Position numbers and translations under genes: made by a program
In this document: positions 12,901-24,760 of the stretch, piece by piece
How positions within the stretch are numbered: position 1 is the first letter of the stretch
How the letters are laid out: every line of letters begins with the position of its first letter
Notes under the pieces: model-generated
Told to the model about the DNA's origin: nothing
Seen by the model: the letters and a program-made list of their open reading frames with translations, nothing else
The model's database searches: none
Source: Centroscyllium fabricii
Taxonomy: Eukaryota
DNA length: 64,000 nucleotides
Direction: 5' to 3'
Assembly (NCBI GenBank): GCA_051313645.2
Contig: JBNRSN020000028.1
Coordinates: 14,880,001 to 14,944,000 of the forward strand

Positions 12901-15900
12901 TTAGCAGGAGTCCGTGTTGAGGAGGGGATTGAGTGTGTTGCCAGTGTGTCTTGTATCAGCAGGAGTCCGTGGTGAGGAGGGGATTGACTGTGTTGTCAGT
13001 GTGTCTTGTATTAGCAGGAGTCCGTGGTGAGATCAGGATTGAGTGTGTTGCCAGTGGGTCTTGTATTTGCAGGGCCCGTGGTGAGGAGGGGATTGAGTGT
13101 GTTGTCAGTGTGTCTTGTATCAGCAGGAGTCCGTGGTGAGGAGGGGATTGAGCGTGTTGTCAGTGTGTCTTGTATTAGCAGGAGTCCGTGGTGAGGAGGG
13201 GATTGAGCGTGTTGTCAGTGCGTCTTGTATTAGCAGGAGTCCGTGGTAAGGAGGGGTTTGAGTGTGCTGTCAGTGTGTCTTGTATTAGCAGGGGTCCGTG
13301 GTGAGGAGGGGATTGAGGGTGTTGTCAGTGTGTCTTGTATTAGCAGGAGTCCGTGGTGAGGAGGGGATTGAGTGTGTTGTCAGTGTGTCTTGTATCAGCA
13401 GGGTCCGTGGTGAGGAGGAGATTGAGTGTGTTGTCAGTGTGTCTTGTAGTAGCAGGAGTCCGTGGTGAGGAGGAGATTGAGTGTGTTGTCAGTGTGTCTT
13501 ATAATAGCAGGGGTCCGTGTTGAGGAGGGGATTGAGTTTGTTGTCAGTGCGTCTTGTATTAGAGTCCGAGGTGAGATGGGGATTCAGTGTGTTGTCAGTG
13601 TGTCTTGTATTAGCAGGAGTGCGTGTTAAGGAGGGGATTGAGTGTGTTGCCAGTGGGTCTTGTATTAGCCGGGTCCCTGGTGAGGAGGGGATTGAGTGTG
13701 TTGTCAGTGTGTCTTGTATCAGCAGGAGTCCGTGGTGAGGAGGGAATTGAGTGTGTTGTCAGTGTGTCTTGTATCAGCAGGAGTCCGTGGTGAGGAGGGA
13801 ATTGAGCGTGTTGTCAGTGTGTCTTGTATTAGCAGGAGTCCGTGTTAAGGAGGGGATTGAGTGTGTTGCCAGTGGGTCTTCTATTAGCAGGGTCCGTGGT
13901 GAGGAGGGGACTGAGTGTGTTGTCAGTGTGTCTTGTATTAGCAGGAATCCGTGGTGAGGAGGGGATTGAGTGCGTTGTCAGTGGGTCTTGTATTAGCAGA
14001 GTCCGTGGTGAGGAGGAGATTGAGTGCGTTGTCAGTGTGTCTTGTATAAGCAGAGTCCGTGGTGAGTTGGGGATTGAGTGTGTTGTCAGTGTGTCTTCTA
14101 TTAGCAGGAGACCATGGTGAGGAGGGGATTGAGTGTGTTGTCATTGGGTCTTGTATTAGCAGGGTCCGTGGTGAGGAGCGAATTGAGTGTGTTGTAAGTG
14201 TGTCTTGTATTAGCAGGAGTCCGTGGTGAGGAGGAGATTGAGTGTGTTGTCAGTGTGTCTTGTATTAGCAGGAGTCCGTGGCGAAGAGGGGATTAAGTGT
14301 GTTGTCAGTGTGTCTTGTATTAGCAGGAGTCCGTGGTTAGGAGGGGATTGAGTGTGTTGTCAGTGTGTCTTGTATTAGCAGGGGTCCGTGGTGAGGAGGC
14401 GATTGAGTGTGTTGTCAGTGTGTCTTGTATCAGCAGGGTCCGTGGTGAGGAGGGGATTGAGTGTGTTGTCAGTGTGTCTTGTATTAGCAGGAGTCCGTGG
14501 TGAGGAGGAGATTGAGTGTGTTGTCAGTGTGTCTTGTATTAGCAGGGGTCCGTGTTGAGGAGGGGATTGAGTTTGTTGTCAGTGTGTCTTGTATTAGAGG
14601 AGTCCGTGGTGAGATGGGGATTGAGTGTGTTGTCAGTGTGTCTTGTATTAGCAGGAGTCCGTGTTAAGGAGGGGATTGAGTGTGTTGCCAGTGGGCCTTG
14701 TATTAGCAGGGTCCGTGGTGAGGAGGGGATTGAGTGTGTTGTCAGTGTGTCTTGTATCAGCAGGTGTCCGTGGTGTAGAAGGGATTGAGTGTGTTGTCAG
14801 TGTGTCTTGTAGTAGCAGGAGTCCGTGGTGAGGAGGGGATTGAGCGTGTTGTCAGTGTGTCTTGTATTAGCAGGAGTCCGTGTTGAGGAGGGGATTGAGT
14901 GTGTTGCCAGTGTGTCTTGTATCAGCAGGAGTCCGTGGTGAGGAGGGGATTGAGTGTGTTGTCAGTGTGCCTTGTATTAGCAGGAGTCCGTGGTGAGATC
15001 AGGATTGAGTGTGTTGCCAGTGGGTCTTGTATTTGCAGGGCCCGTGGTGAGGAGGGGATTGAGTGTGTTGTCAGTGTGTCTTGTATCAGCAGGAGTCCGT
15101 GGTGAGGAGGGGATTGAGCGTGTTGTCAGTGTGTCTTGTATTAGCAGGAGTCCGTGGTAAGGAGGGGGTTGAGTGTGCTGTCAGTGTGTCTTGTATTAGC
15201 AGGGGTCCGTGGTGAGGAGGGGATTGAGGGTGTTGTCAGTGTGTCTTGTATTAGCAGGAGTCCGTGGTGAGGAGGGGATTGAGTGTGTTGTCAGTGTGTC
15301 TTGTATTAGCAGGAGTCCGTGGCGAGGAGGGGATTAAGTGTGTTGTCAGTGTGTCTTGTATTAGCAGGAGTCCGTGGTGAGGAGGGGATTGATAGTGTTG
15401 TCAGTGTGTCTTGTATTAGCAGGAGTCGGTTGTGAGGAGGGGATTGAGTGTGTTGTCAGTGTGTCTTGTATTAGCAGGGGTCCGTGGTGAGGAGGGGATT
15501 GATAGTGTTGTCAGTGTGTCTTGTATTAGCAGGAGTCGGTTGTGAGGAGGGGATTGAGTGTGTTGTCAGTGTGTCTTGTATTCGCAGGAGTCCGTGGTGA
15601 GGAGGTGATTGAGTGTGTTGTCAGTGTGTCTTGTATCAGCAGGGTCCGTGGTGAGGAGGGGATTGAGTGTGTTGTCAGTGTGTCTTGTATTAGCAGGAGT
15701 CCGTGGTGAGGAGGGGATTGAGTGTGTTGTCAGTGTGTCTTGTATTAGCAGGGGTCCGTGTTGAGGAGGGGTTTGAGTGTGTTGTCAGTGTGTCTTGTAT
15801 TAGCAGGGTCCGTGGTGAGGAGGGGATTGAGTGTGTTGTCAGTGTGTCTTGTATCAGCAGGTGTCCGTGGTGAGGAAGGGATTGAGTGTGTTGTCAGTGT

Positions 15901-17795
15901 GTCTTGTATTAGCAGGAGTCCGTGTTGAGGAGGGGATGAGTGTGTTGCCAGTGGGTTTTGTATTAGCAGGGTCCGTGGTGAGGAGGGGATTGAGTGTGTT
16001 GTCAGTGTGTCTTGTATCAGCAGGAGTCCGTGGTGAGGAGGGGATTGAGCGTGTTGTCAGTGTGTCTTGTATTAGCAGGAGTCCGTGGTGAGGAGGGGAT
16101 TGAGTGTGTTGTCAGTGTGTCTTGTATTAGCAGGAGTCCGTGGTAAGGAGGGGATTGAGTGTGTTGTCAGTCTGTCTTGTATTAGTTGGAGTCCGTGGTG
16201 AGGAGGGGATTGAGTGGTGTTTTCAGTGTGTCTTGTATTAGCAGGAGCCGTGGTGAGGAGGCGATTGAGTGTGTTCCCAGTGTGTCTTGTATCAGCAGGA
16301 GTCCATGGTGAGGACGGGATTGAGGGGGATGTCAGTGTGTCTTGTATTAGCAGGGTCCGTGGTGAGGAGGGTATTGAGTGTGTTGTCAGTGTGTCTTGTA
16401 TTAGCAGGGTCCGTGGTGAGGAGGGGATTGAGTGTGTTGCTAGTGGGTCTTGTATTAGCAGGTGTCCGTGGTGAGGAGGGGATTGAGTGTTTTGTCAGTG
16501 TGTCTTGTATTAGCAGGAGTCCGTGGTGAGGAGGGGATTGAGTGTGTTGTCAGTGTGTCTTGTATTAGCAGGGTCTGTGGTGAGATGGGGATTGAGTGTG
16601 TTGTCAGTGTGTCTTGTATTAGCAGGAGTCCATGGTGAGGAGGGGATTGAGTGTGTTGTCAGTGTGTCTTGTATTAGCAGGGTCCGTGGTGAGGAGGAGA
16701 TTGAGTGTGTTGTCAGTGTGTCTTGTATTAGCAGGAGTCCGTGGTGAGATGGGGATTGAGGGTGTTGTCAGTGTGTCTTGTATTAGCAGGAGTCCGTGTT
16801 GAGTAGGGGATTGAGTGTGTTGCCAGTGGGTCTTGTATTAGCAGTGTCGGTGGTGAGGAAGGGATTGAGTGTGTTGCCAGTGTGTCTTTTATTAGCAGGA
16901 GTCCGTGGTGAGGAGGGGATTGAGTGTTTTGTCAGTGTGTCTTGTATTAGCAGGAGTCCGTGTTGAGTAGGGGATTGAGTGTGTTGCCAGTGGGTCTTGT
17001 ATTAGCAGTGTCGGTGGTGAGGAAGGGATTGAGTGTGTTGCCAGTGTGTCTTGTATTAGCAGGAGTCCGTGGTGAGGAGGGGATTGAGGGTGTTGTCAGT
17101 GTGTCTTGTATTAGCAGGAGTCCGTGTTGAGTAGGGGATTGAGTGTGTTGCCAGTGGGTCTTGTATTAGCAGTGTCGGTGGTGAGGAAGGGATTGAGTGT
17201 GTTGCCAGTGTGTCTTGTATTAGCAGGAGTCCGTGGTGAGGAGGGGATTGAGTGTGTTGTCAGTGTGTCTTGTATCAGCAGGAGTCCATGGTGTGGAAGG
17301 CATTGAGTGTGTTGCCAGTGTGTCTTGTATTAGCAGGAGTCCGTGGTGAGGAGGGGATTGAGCGTGTTGTCAGTGTGTCTTGTATTAGCAGGAGTCCGTG
17401 TTGAGGAGGGGATTGAGTGTGTTGTCAGTGTGTCTTGTATTTGCAGGGTCCGTGTTGAGGAGGGGATTGAGTGTGTTGTCAGTGTGTCTTGTATTAGCAG
17501 GAGTCCGTGGTGAGGAGGGGATTGAATGTGTTGTCAGTGTGTCTTGTATTAGCAGGGTCCGTGGTGAGGAGGGGATTGAGTGTGTTGTCAGTGTGTCTTG
17601 TATCAGCAGGAGTCCGTGTTGAGGAGGGGATTGAGTGTGTTGCCAGTGTGTCTTGTATTAGCAGGAGTCCGTGTGAGGAGGGGATTGAGTGTGTTGTCAC
17701 TGTGTCTTGTATTAGCAGGAGTCCGTGGTGAGGAGGGCATTGAGTGTGTTGTCAGTGTGTCTTGTATTAGCAGGGTCCGTGATGAGGAGGGGATT
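6961..17795 (+). repeat. 54/55-bp tandem satellite, ~198 copies
   Basis: Unit GAGTGTGTTGTCAGTGTGTCTTGTATTAGCAG-GAGTCCGTGGTGAGGAGGGGATT; 54-bp variants have GCAGGGTCC. Higher-order duplications are visible (e.g. ~2.0 kb offset, 11730 vs 13751). Confidence 0.97.
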
Positions 17796-18094
17796 TCCCC
17801 AAACCGAGCAGGTGACGGCGGCGGAGGGACAATCGGTTCAAATCCGGTGCGATGCGACCACCAGGAGCAGTGAATGATTTTGTGTTATCGGCAATTACCG
17901 GGCCGGGCACCGCAATTCACAATCTCCGCCAATCAGTAATACAGCCGACGGGAGCGGGGGGTTCAAGTTATTCGTTGACAGAAGGAGGAGTTATAACAGT
18001 TTCGGTGTGCGGGAAACCGCGGCTCCAGACTCCAGGGGTATTGCTGTGCGAATACGGACATGGGGCAAAGGGTGAGAAATCCTGTACAGTAAGC
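17774..18094 (+). pseudogene. TCR V pseudogene (paralog of the V at 56660) with degenerate RSS
   Basis: EQVTAAEGQSVQIRCDATT..YRQLPGRAPQF..FKLFVDRRRSYNSFG aligns with 56660-56940. Frameshifts and stops. RSS remnant GGACATG-23-ACAGTAAGC at 18056-18094. Confidence 0.85.
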
Positions 18095-18661
18095 CTAGTC
18101 TCTCTCAGTCATCGAGATCCGGGCTTCTAACTTCACCATCTTGAGTCTCCCTTCAGAAAACAAACATTGAGAAATGCTGTGTTGCCATTTAATGTCACCC
18201 GACAAAGGACTACAGGGTTAAATAAAGGGTTAATGGTGTCGTCACTTTAAATGGACGCACTTAGAGGAATCCCCGAGGTATTGGGTTACCCAGTTACCGG
18301 GATTTCACTGGGATACATTAACTATCGTGTTATCATATTATTAATTGCTCACTTAGGAAGCTACAAACAGACGTCAAGGCAATTATGGATCGCCAATCAA
18401 CGCTGGCCTTGCCAGCGACGCCAACATCTCTTGAATGAATTTTTTTTAAACTTTATATTACATTTTATGGCGTTTTCAGTTTAATTATTTTGTGTCGCTT
18501 CAAATAAAATAAATGAAAATGGAAAACTACAATATTTAGCTCAGTGATGGTTTAGGTTCTCCCTGGAGTAAACATACTGTTCACAGTAACATAAATAATA
18601 ACAAAATACAATTATTTCAGAGAGTGAATAATTAGTTTGACAAATACGCATTTACCCGAAG

Positions 18662-18680
18662 CCCCCACCAGGTGGCGCGC
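18662..18680 (+). promoter_or_regulatory. CTCF motif
   Basis: CCCACCAGGTGGCGC matches the CTCF core consensus. Confidence 0.55.
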
Positions 18681-19094
18681 CTGTCTGTCAGGAGCTTCAC
18701 ATTGAGATAGGGCTTAAAGGACAATCTAAAATTTCCGTTTCTATTTGTCTTATACAACGAAAGCATTGAGACCCAAGGCCGTACGGACGTCACGGTAACT
18801 ATAAAGATGATGGATAAGAGAACGAAATATGAGGTAAATATTAATTTAAAGGAATAAATGTGGAGAAAGATTTAGGGGTTCAGATTGTGAAAGTTTGGAA
18901 GAAGCTGATGACTCTCTAAAATTCTGTGATTCTAAGACCACGCTGACTATTTGAGATAGAAATCAGACACAGATCAAATTTTCCTGAACAATTTAATCTG
19001 TCGTTACACACAGCGACCAGTGGAACTCCTTCCCAGTGACGGTTCAAGGGGTCTCTGGTTTGAGGGACAGCCAATCCCCGAGTGGCACTGTGAA

Positions 19095-19130
19095 TGACGT
19101 CAGGTGACAACACAGGCCGATTGGTGAGAA
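19095..19130 (+). promoter_or_regulatory. V promoter elements: CRE (TGACGTCA) and inverted CCAAT
   Basis: TGACGTCA at 19095-19102 and GATTGG nearby, ~180 bp upstream of leader ATG 19280. Confidence 0.5.
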
Positions 19131-19279
19131 TGTCGCCCATCAGTCTCACAGTGCACAGGGTGGAAGTGAAGGTCACCCCTCCCCTCGGCTCTCAACCACT
19201 GAAAGTCCGGGAATCGGCAGCAAGGTCCAGTCTGGAAATCAGACCATGATTGATCCGCCTTTTGTCCATCGTCATCGTC

Positions 19280-19565
19280 ATGAACCGGAACCTCCGCAAA
19301 GTCCTGTTCCCAGTTGGAACCTTGGTGCTGTTGATGTTATGTGAGTTCATCTATCAGCTCAGACGCCTTGTTTCATTCATCTTTTAATAGCCTGTGGTTG
19401 TTGTGTGAGTTTGTTTTGTTCACAGCCGTTCGATGCGAGGGTCGGACCTCACACGCTGAGCAGGTGGTATCTCGAGAAGGGGAACGGACTGAACTGGACG
19501 GCCGGCTCTCCGTTGTTACTGGGGATAATGTAGCCTGGTACAGACAAGCTTTGACGGGGTCCTAG
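19280..19565 (+). pseudogene. TCR V pseudogene, truncated by CR1 insertion
   Basis: Leader MNRNLRKVLFPVGTLVLLML 19280-19340 then GTGAGT; acceptor CACAG at 19425; exon VRCEG..VAWYRQ. First Cys lost; 3' half absent. Confidence 0.8.
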
Positions 19566-19566
19566 A

Positions 19567-20413
19567 GATTGGAGGTTGGGTGATTGGGCAGAAGCGTGGC
19601 AGATGCAGTATAACGTGGATAAATGCGAGGTCATCCACTTTGCTGTAAAAAACAGAAAGGCAGACTATTATCTGAATGGGAATAGATTGGGAGACGGGGA
19701 AGTGCACCAGTCGCTGAAGGTAAGCATGCAGGTGCAGCAAGCGGTGAAGAAGGCAAATGGCATGTTGGCCTTCATAGCGAGAGGGTTTGAGTACAGGAAC
19801 AAGGATGTCCCACTGCAGTTGTGCAGGGCCTTGGTGAGACCACACCTTGAGTATTGTGTGCAGTTTTGGTCGCCTTATCTAAGGAAGGATGTTCTTGCCA
19901 TGGAGGAAGTGCAGCGAAGATTCACCAGACTGATACCTGGGATGGCAGGAATGACGTATGAGGAGAAATTGGGTCGATTGGGTTTATACCTGCTGGAGGT
20001 TAGAAGAATGAGAGGGGATCTCATTGAAACTTATAAAGTTCTGACAGGTCTGGACAGACTAAATACAGGAAGAATGTTCCCGATGGTCGGAGATTCCAGA
20101 ACCAGGGGTCACAGTCTAAGGATAAGGGGTAGGTCATTTAGGACAGAGATTAGGAGGAATTTCTTCACCCAGAGAGTGGTGAACCTGTGGAATTCTCTAC
20201 CACAGAATGTAGTTGAGGCCAAGTCATTAATTATATTCAAGAAGGAGTCAGATATAGTTCTTGGAGCTAAAGGTATCAAGGGATATGGGGAGAAGGCAGG
20301 TACGGGTTACTGAGTTTGGATGATCAGCCATGATCTCATTGAATGGCGGAGCAGGCTTGAGGGGCCGAATGGCCGACTCCTGCTCCTATCTTCTATGTTT
20401 CTATGTTTCTATG
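19567..20413 (+). mobile_element. CR1 LINE, 5'-truncated (family A)
   Basis: C-terminal ORF2 (WQMQYNVDKC..RPHLEYCVQFW), 3' UTR hairpin, (TTCTATGT)n tail. Confidence 0.92.
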
Positions 20414-20826
20414 ATTAAACTCGGTCATTTTTTCTGAAGCTGTGTAATCCCTTCATTTCCCTTCATCTCTATTTATTCCCAGTCACTTGCTCAGTGAACC
20501 GGAGCAGTTTGGCCACAGACCTCTCGAGACCCAACCACTGCCCTTTCCACTCCATCAGCCCCGAGTACAGTTGCGTGGCGCCGCACACTCTGGGCCTTTA
20601 CACAGACTAAAATTCGCTCAGTTTTGTGTCTGCGGCAGCCCAGCCCACAGTTTCCGTTTGCTGCTCTCGTTCTGACCCGCCTAGCCTGCCCTGTGTTATT
20701 GGACAGATTGTTGTCGCTGTCCCCTGTTCGGCCTTGGTTGGGTCAGCATGGCAGTGGGCGGGCATCTGGAGTTCTGCTCCGACAGAGGGTTTCCCGGACT
20801 GCAGAGTTTCAGACTTAGGGAGCATC

Positions 20827-22740
20827 ATGTGGAACCATCTCGCACCGCTCCTCGTCATTAGTGGCCCTAGAAATAGTAGATGTATTACTGATTATCTTCC
20901 AGCAATCGATGGAATCTGGAAATGTACCCATGGATTGGAGGGTGGCTAATGTTACCCCACTATTCAAGAAGGGTGGTAGGGCGAAAGCGGGAAATTACAG
21001 ACCAGTAAGCCTGACATCGGTAGTGGGGAAGATGCTGGAGTCCATAATAAAGGATGTAATCACTGAGCACTTGAAAATCAGCGGCAGGATCGGACAAAGT
21101 CAACATAGATTTACAAAAGGTAAATCGTGCTTGACTAATCTACTGGATTTTTTTGAGGATGTAACTGGGAAAATTGATCAGGGAGAACCAGTAAATGTGG
21201 TGTACTTGGACTTTCAGAAGGCGTTCGACAAGGTCCCGCACAAGAGGTTGGCATATACATTTAGGGCACATGGGATTGGGGGCAAAGTATTGACTTGGAT
21301 TGAGAAGTGGTTGGCAGACAGAAAGCAGAGAGTGGGAGTGAATGGGTCTTTTTCCAGGTGGCAGTCAGTGACTAGTGGGGTACCGCAGGGATCGGTCCTG
21401 GGACCCCAGCTATTCACAATATACATTAATGATTTAGAAAAGGGAACTAAATGTAATGTCTCCAAGTTTGCAGATGACACAAAGCTGGGAGGCTGTGTGT
21501 GCTGCGAGAAGGATACCAGGATGCTCCAGGATGAATTGAACAGGTTGGGCGAGTGGGACGAGACATGGCAGATGCAGTATAATGTGGATAAATGCGAGGT
21601 TATCCACTTTGGGGGCAAAAACAGAAATGCCGACTATTATGTGAATGGCAATAGATTGGGAGAAGGGGAACTGCAACGAGACCTGGATGTCCTGGTGCAC
21701 CAGTCACTGAAGGTAAACATGCAGGTGCAGCAGGCGGTTAAGAAGGCAAATGGTATGTTGGCCTTCATAGCGAAAGGGTTCGAGTACAGGAACAGGGAGG
21801 TCTTGCTGCAGTTGTACAGGCCTTGGTGAGACCGCACCTTGAGTATTGTGTGCAGTTTTGGTCTCCTTATCTAAGGAAGGACGTTCTTGCCATGGAGGGA
21901 GTGCAGAGGAGATTCACCAGGCTGATATCTGGGATGGGAGGATTGACGTATGAGGAGAGACTGGGTAGACTGGGTTTGTACTCTCTGGAGTTTAGAAGAT
22001 TAAGAGGGGATCTCATGGAAACGTATAAAATTCTAACTGGTCTGGACAAACTTGACGCAGGAAGAATGTTCCCGATGATCGGAGAGTCCAGAACCAGGAG
22101 TCATAGTCTAAGAATAAGGGGTAACTCATTTAGGACAGAGATGAGGAGGAATTTCTTCACCCAGAGAGTGGTGAACCTGTGGAATTCTCTGCCACAGAAG
22201 GCGGTGGAGGCCAAATCATTAAAGATATTCAAGAAGGAGCTGGATGTATTTCTTAAGGCTAGAGGGATCGCGGGATATGGGGAGAAGGCAGGGACAGGGT
22301 AATTAGTTTGGATGATCAGCCATGATCTCATTGAATGGTGGAGCAGGCTCGAGGGGCTGAATGGCCTACTCCTGCTCCTATCTTCTATGTTTCTATGTTT
22401 CTATCAGCAATTAAGACATTACACAGCCTGAGTGCAGTTGAGTGGCGCCGCACACTCTGGGCCTTTACACAGAGACTTGAGTTTTCCTTCTCACTAAAAA
22501 TCCATTCTCCCGGTGACTGCTGCAACCCAGATGTTATTATTAGTCAAGTGATGATGGTGATGAGAATCACTATGGCTGTTACTTTATGTTAGAATGGAGC
22601 CAGACAGACACAGTGGAACAGCCGGTTCCTGAACTGACGGTTCGAGAGGAAAGGATGTCACATTAACCTGCACCTTGAAAACAAGCGGTGCTGCACATTA
22701 TGTGCGCTAGTTCAGTCAGCAGTCCGGATAACCACCAAGG
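20827..22740 (+). pseudogene. TCR V pseudogene; leader exon interrupted by CR1, V exon truncated
   Basis: Leader MWNHLAPLLVI at 20827 is cut by CR1. Exon from 22593 reads DTVEQPVPELTVRE/KDVTLTCTLKTSGAAHYVR*FSQQSG*PP with a frameshift and stops. Confidence 0.7.
20861..22404 (+). mobile_element. CR1 LINE, 5'-truncated, containing RT domain (family A)
   Basis: ORFs 20861-21829 and 21823-22302 (NYRPVSLTS, LDFQKAFD, GVPQGSVLGP, FADD). One frameshift at ~21820. TTCTATGT tail. Confidence 0.95.
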
Positions 22741-23180
22741 TCGGCAGGAAATGAGTCTTACGGGGTCACATTTCAGGAGAGACCGCGTTGTTCTGAAAGT
22801 GTTTCACTCGTCGATCGTTTCTTAAATCGTTGCTGAAAGTTTCGACTCCGTTCAGTTCTTTTCATGACGACTGGAGCCAGGTTCGAGTGCGATTCTGACA
22901 CTGAAAAATAACGTTTTATATTTGTTTCAATGAGATTGAAAGCTGAGGTGCTCATCACATGAACAGGGAATGGCAGCACCGCCCCATCGAATACCTTATT
23001 ATCAAATTAACAGCAAGATTATTATGATGAATAATAACCTTTCTTTCAGTTCTGTATTGTTAGTTGGACAGCGACCGATTTGCCTGTTTTTACACAGACA
23101 CTCTCCTGTGAGAACTACTGACAGTCCCCGTTTCTCCCCACACTGCCCACTATCCAGTTGTCCCTGTCACATTCCGGCGG

Positions 23181-23736
23181 TGTGTTTGTTCGGGGCTCCC
23201 TCTGGTTCCTGTCACTGTGTCTCTCAGTGAGACACCGCGCGGTCAGACAGCCGCAGGCCGCCGATGGTGAAATTCCCCTCACTTTTAGAAGTGTTGAGAG
23301 ATGCGGAAAATCGAGCCCCCGCGCCCTCTGCTCGGAAAACATCCCCGCAGGAAGAAATGTAGATCAGGAATCTGGGGCCTTTGTCGCGATCCTGACGGTA
23401 CAGTTGTAAGGACTGTGAAGGAGCAGTGGTCGAATAGCTGTAATTGATTGTCACCGAGTCTCCTTCAAACTGTATCGATGCCAGCGACCCCTGTGAGACC
23501 GAGTCCGCACAACTAACTCCTGCAGAAATCTAGAAATACAGAACTTTAGGCTTTTTACATGTTTTTATTTTAATCTTACTGTCATGAAGGTGACGTAATA
23601 ACCATTGCAAATAGAGAGAAAACGCAGTTAAATTGATGTCAATGACACCTGCAGGAGAAAAATTGTGTAACTTGTAAACTTTACCAGCAGAGAGAGCTGC
23701 AGCTGTGACGAATAAAGAAAAAGTAACAGCCAACAT
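23181..23736 (-). pseudogene. TCR V pseudogene with non-canonical framework and good 23-RSS
   Basis: Leader MLAVTFSLFVTAAALSA 23736-23685. Exon 23519-23220 GVSCADSVSQ..TINYSY..LQLYRQ..DRAVSH*. RSS CACAGTG(23219-23213)-23-ACAAACACA. Confidence 0.85.
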
Positions 23737-23944
23737 GTTTGCAGGGAGTTGATGGTGGATTTGAACAGAACGGTTTGAACCTGTAATTGTCTCAGTCGAG
23801 GGCTGGGAAGATGTTGAGTAATATCCGGTCTCCCTGCCGATTGGTTCATTCCTGGTAGAGTCAGCAGGAGCTATCCAATCAGCTCACGGATGCTTTGTTC
23901 TCCAATTGAGCCAATCAGCTCACAGTGCCTTTATAAGAAAATAA

Positions 23945-24185
23945 TAAATAAGAGCAGGAATAGGGCATTCGGCCCCTCGAGCCTGCTCCGCCATTCAATA
24001 AGATCATGGCTAATCATCGACCTCAACTCCACTTTCCCGCCCGATCTCCAGATCCCTTGATTCCCCCAGAGTCCAAAAATCTCTCTACTCAGCCTTGAAT
24101 ATACTCAGAGACTCGGCGTTCACAGCCCTCTGGGGCAGAGAATTCCAAAGATTCACAACCGTCTGAGTGAAGAAATTCCTCAAAT
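23945..24185 (-). mobile_element. CR1 3' fragment
   Basis: Reverse complement of the CR1 3' end (..GAATGCCCTATTCCTGCTC). Confidence 0.75.
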
Positions 24186-24419
24186 GTGTTTTTAAATTCA
24201 TCCAATCAGCTCACAGATCCTTTGTTCGCCAATTCACGCGGTCAGAGCGAGGAGCGGGAAACGGAGTGAAATTGTTCTCCTCACAACACAGAACTGCACG
24301 GGGATTAAACTTCAACAGGGTCAGTCTGTGAGGTGGCGGCACTGAAGGGCAGTAGTTCATGTTGTTCTGGCATCAGTGCCGGATGCTCCCATTAAAAGAA
24401 TTGTTCACTGACCATTAGA

Positions 24420-24678
24420 CGTCCAAAGATGTGCGGGTTAGGTTGATTGGCCATGAAAAATTGACCCTTAGTGTTAGGGGGATTGAATATGTGGGGTTAC
24501 GGGGATAGGGTGGGATATGTGTCGGTGCAGGCTCCATAGGGATCGAGGGATATGGGGAGAGAGCAGGGACAGGGTACTGGGTTTGGATGATCAGCCATGA
24601 TCTCATTGAATGGCGGAGCAGGCTGGAAGTGCCGAATGGCCTACTCCTGGTCCTATCTTCTATGTTTCTATGTTTATA
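24420..24678 (+). mobile_element. HE1-type V-SINE fragment carrying a CR1 family A tail
   Basis: GTCCAAAGATGTGCGGGTTAGG V-SINE core followed by the CR1 3' UTR and TTCTATGT tail; occupies the place of the leader exon of the following V. Confidence 0.8.
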
Positions 24679-24760
24679 GACTTATGTGTAAAGGGTCAGT
24701 GTGTGTTCCGTGGATTATATTTAGTCCGAAATGTCTGATACATTCTCTGTTTTGTTACAG

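Noticed and set aside
6961-17795. CRISPR array, or coding ORFs (VRRGLSVLSVCLV..) in the 55-bp repeat
   Set aside because: No unique spacers, eukaryotic context, and the frames are broken by 54/55-bp units.
6961-17795. Cryptic 12-RSS array on the minus strand (CACCACG-12/13-ACAAGACAC; CACACTG)
   Set aside because: Only 4/7 heptamer and 6/9 nonamer match; CACACTG has no properly spaced nonamer.
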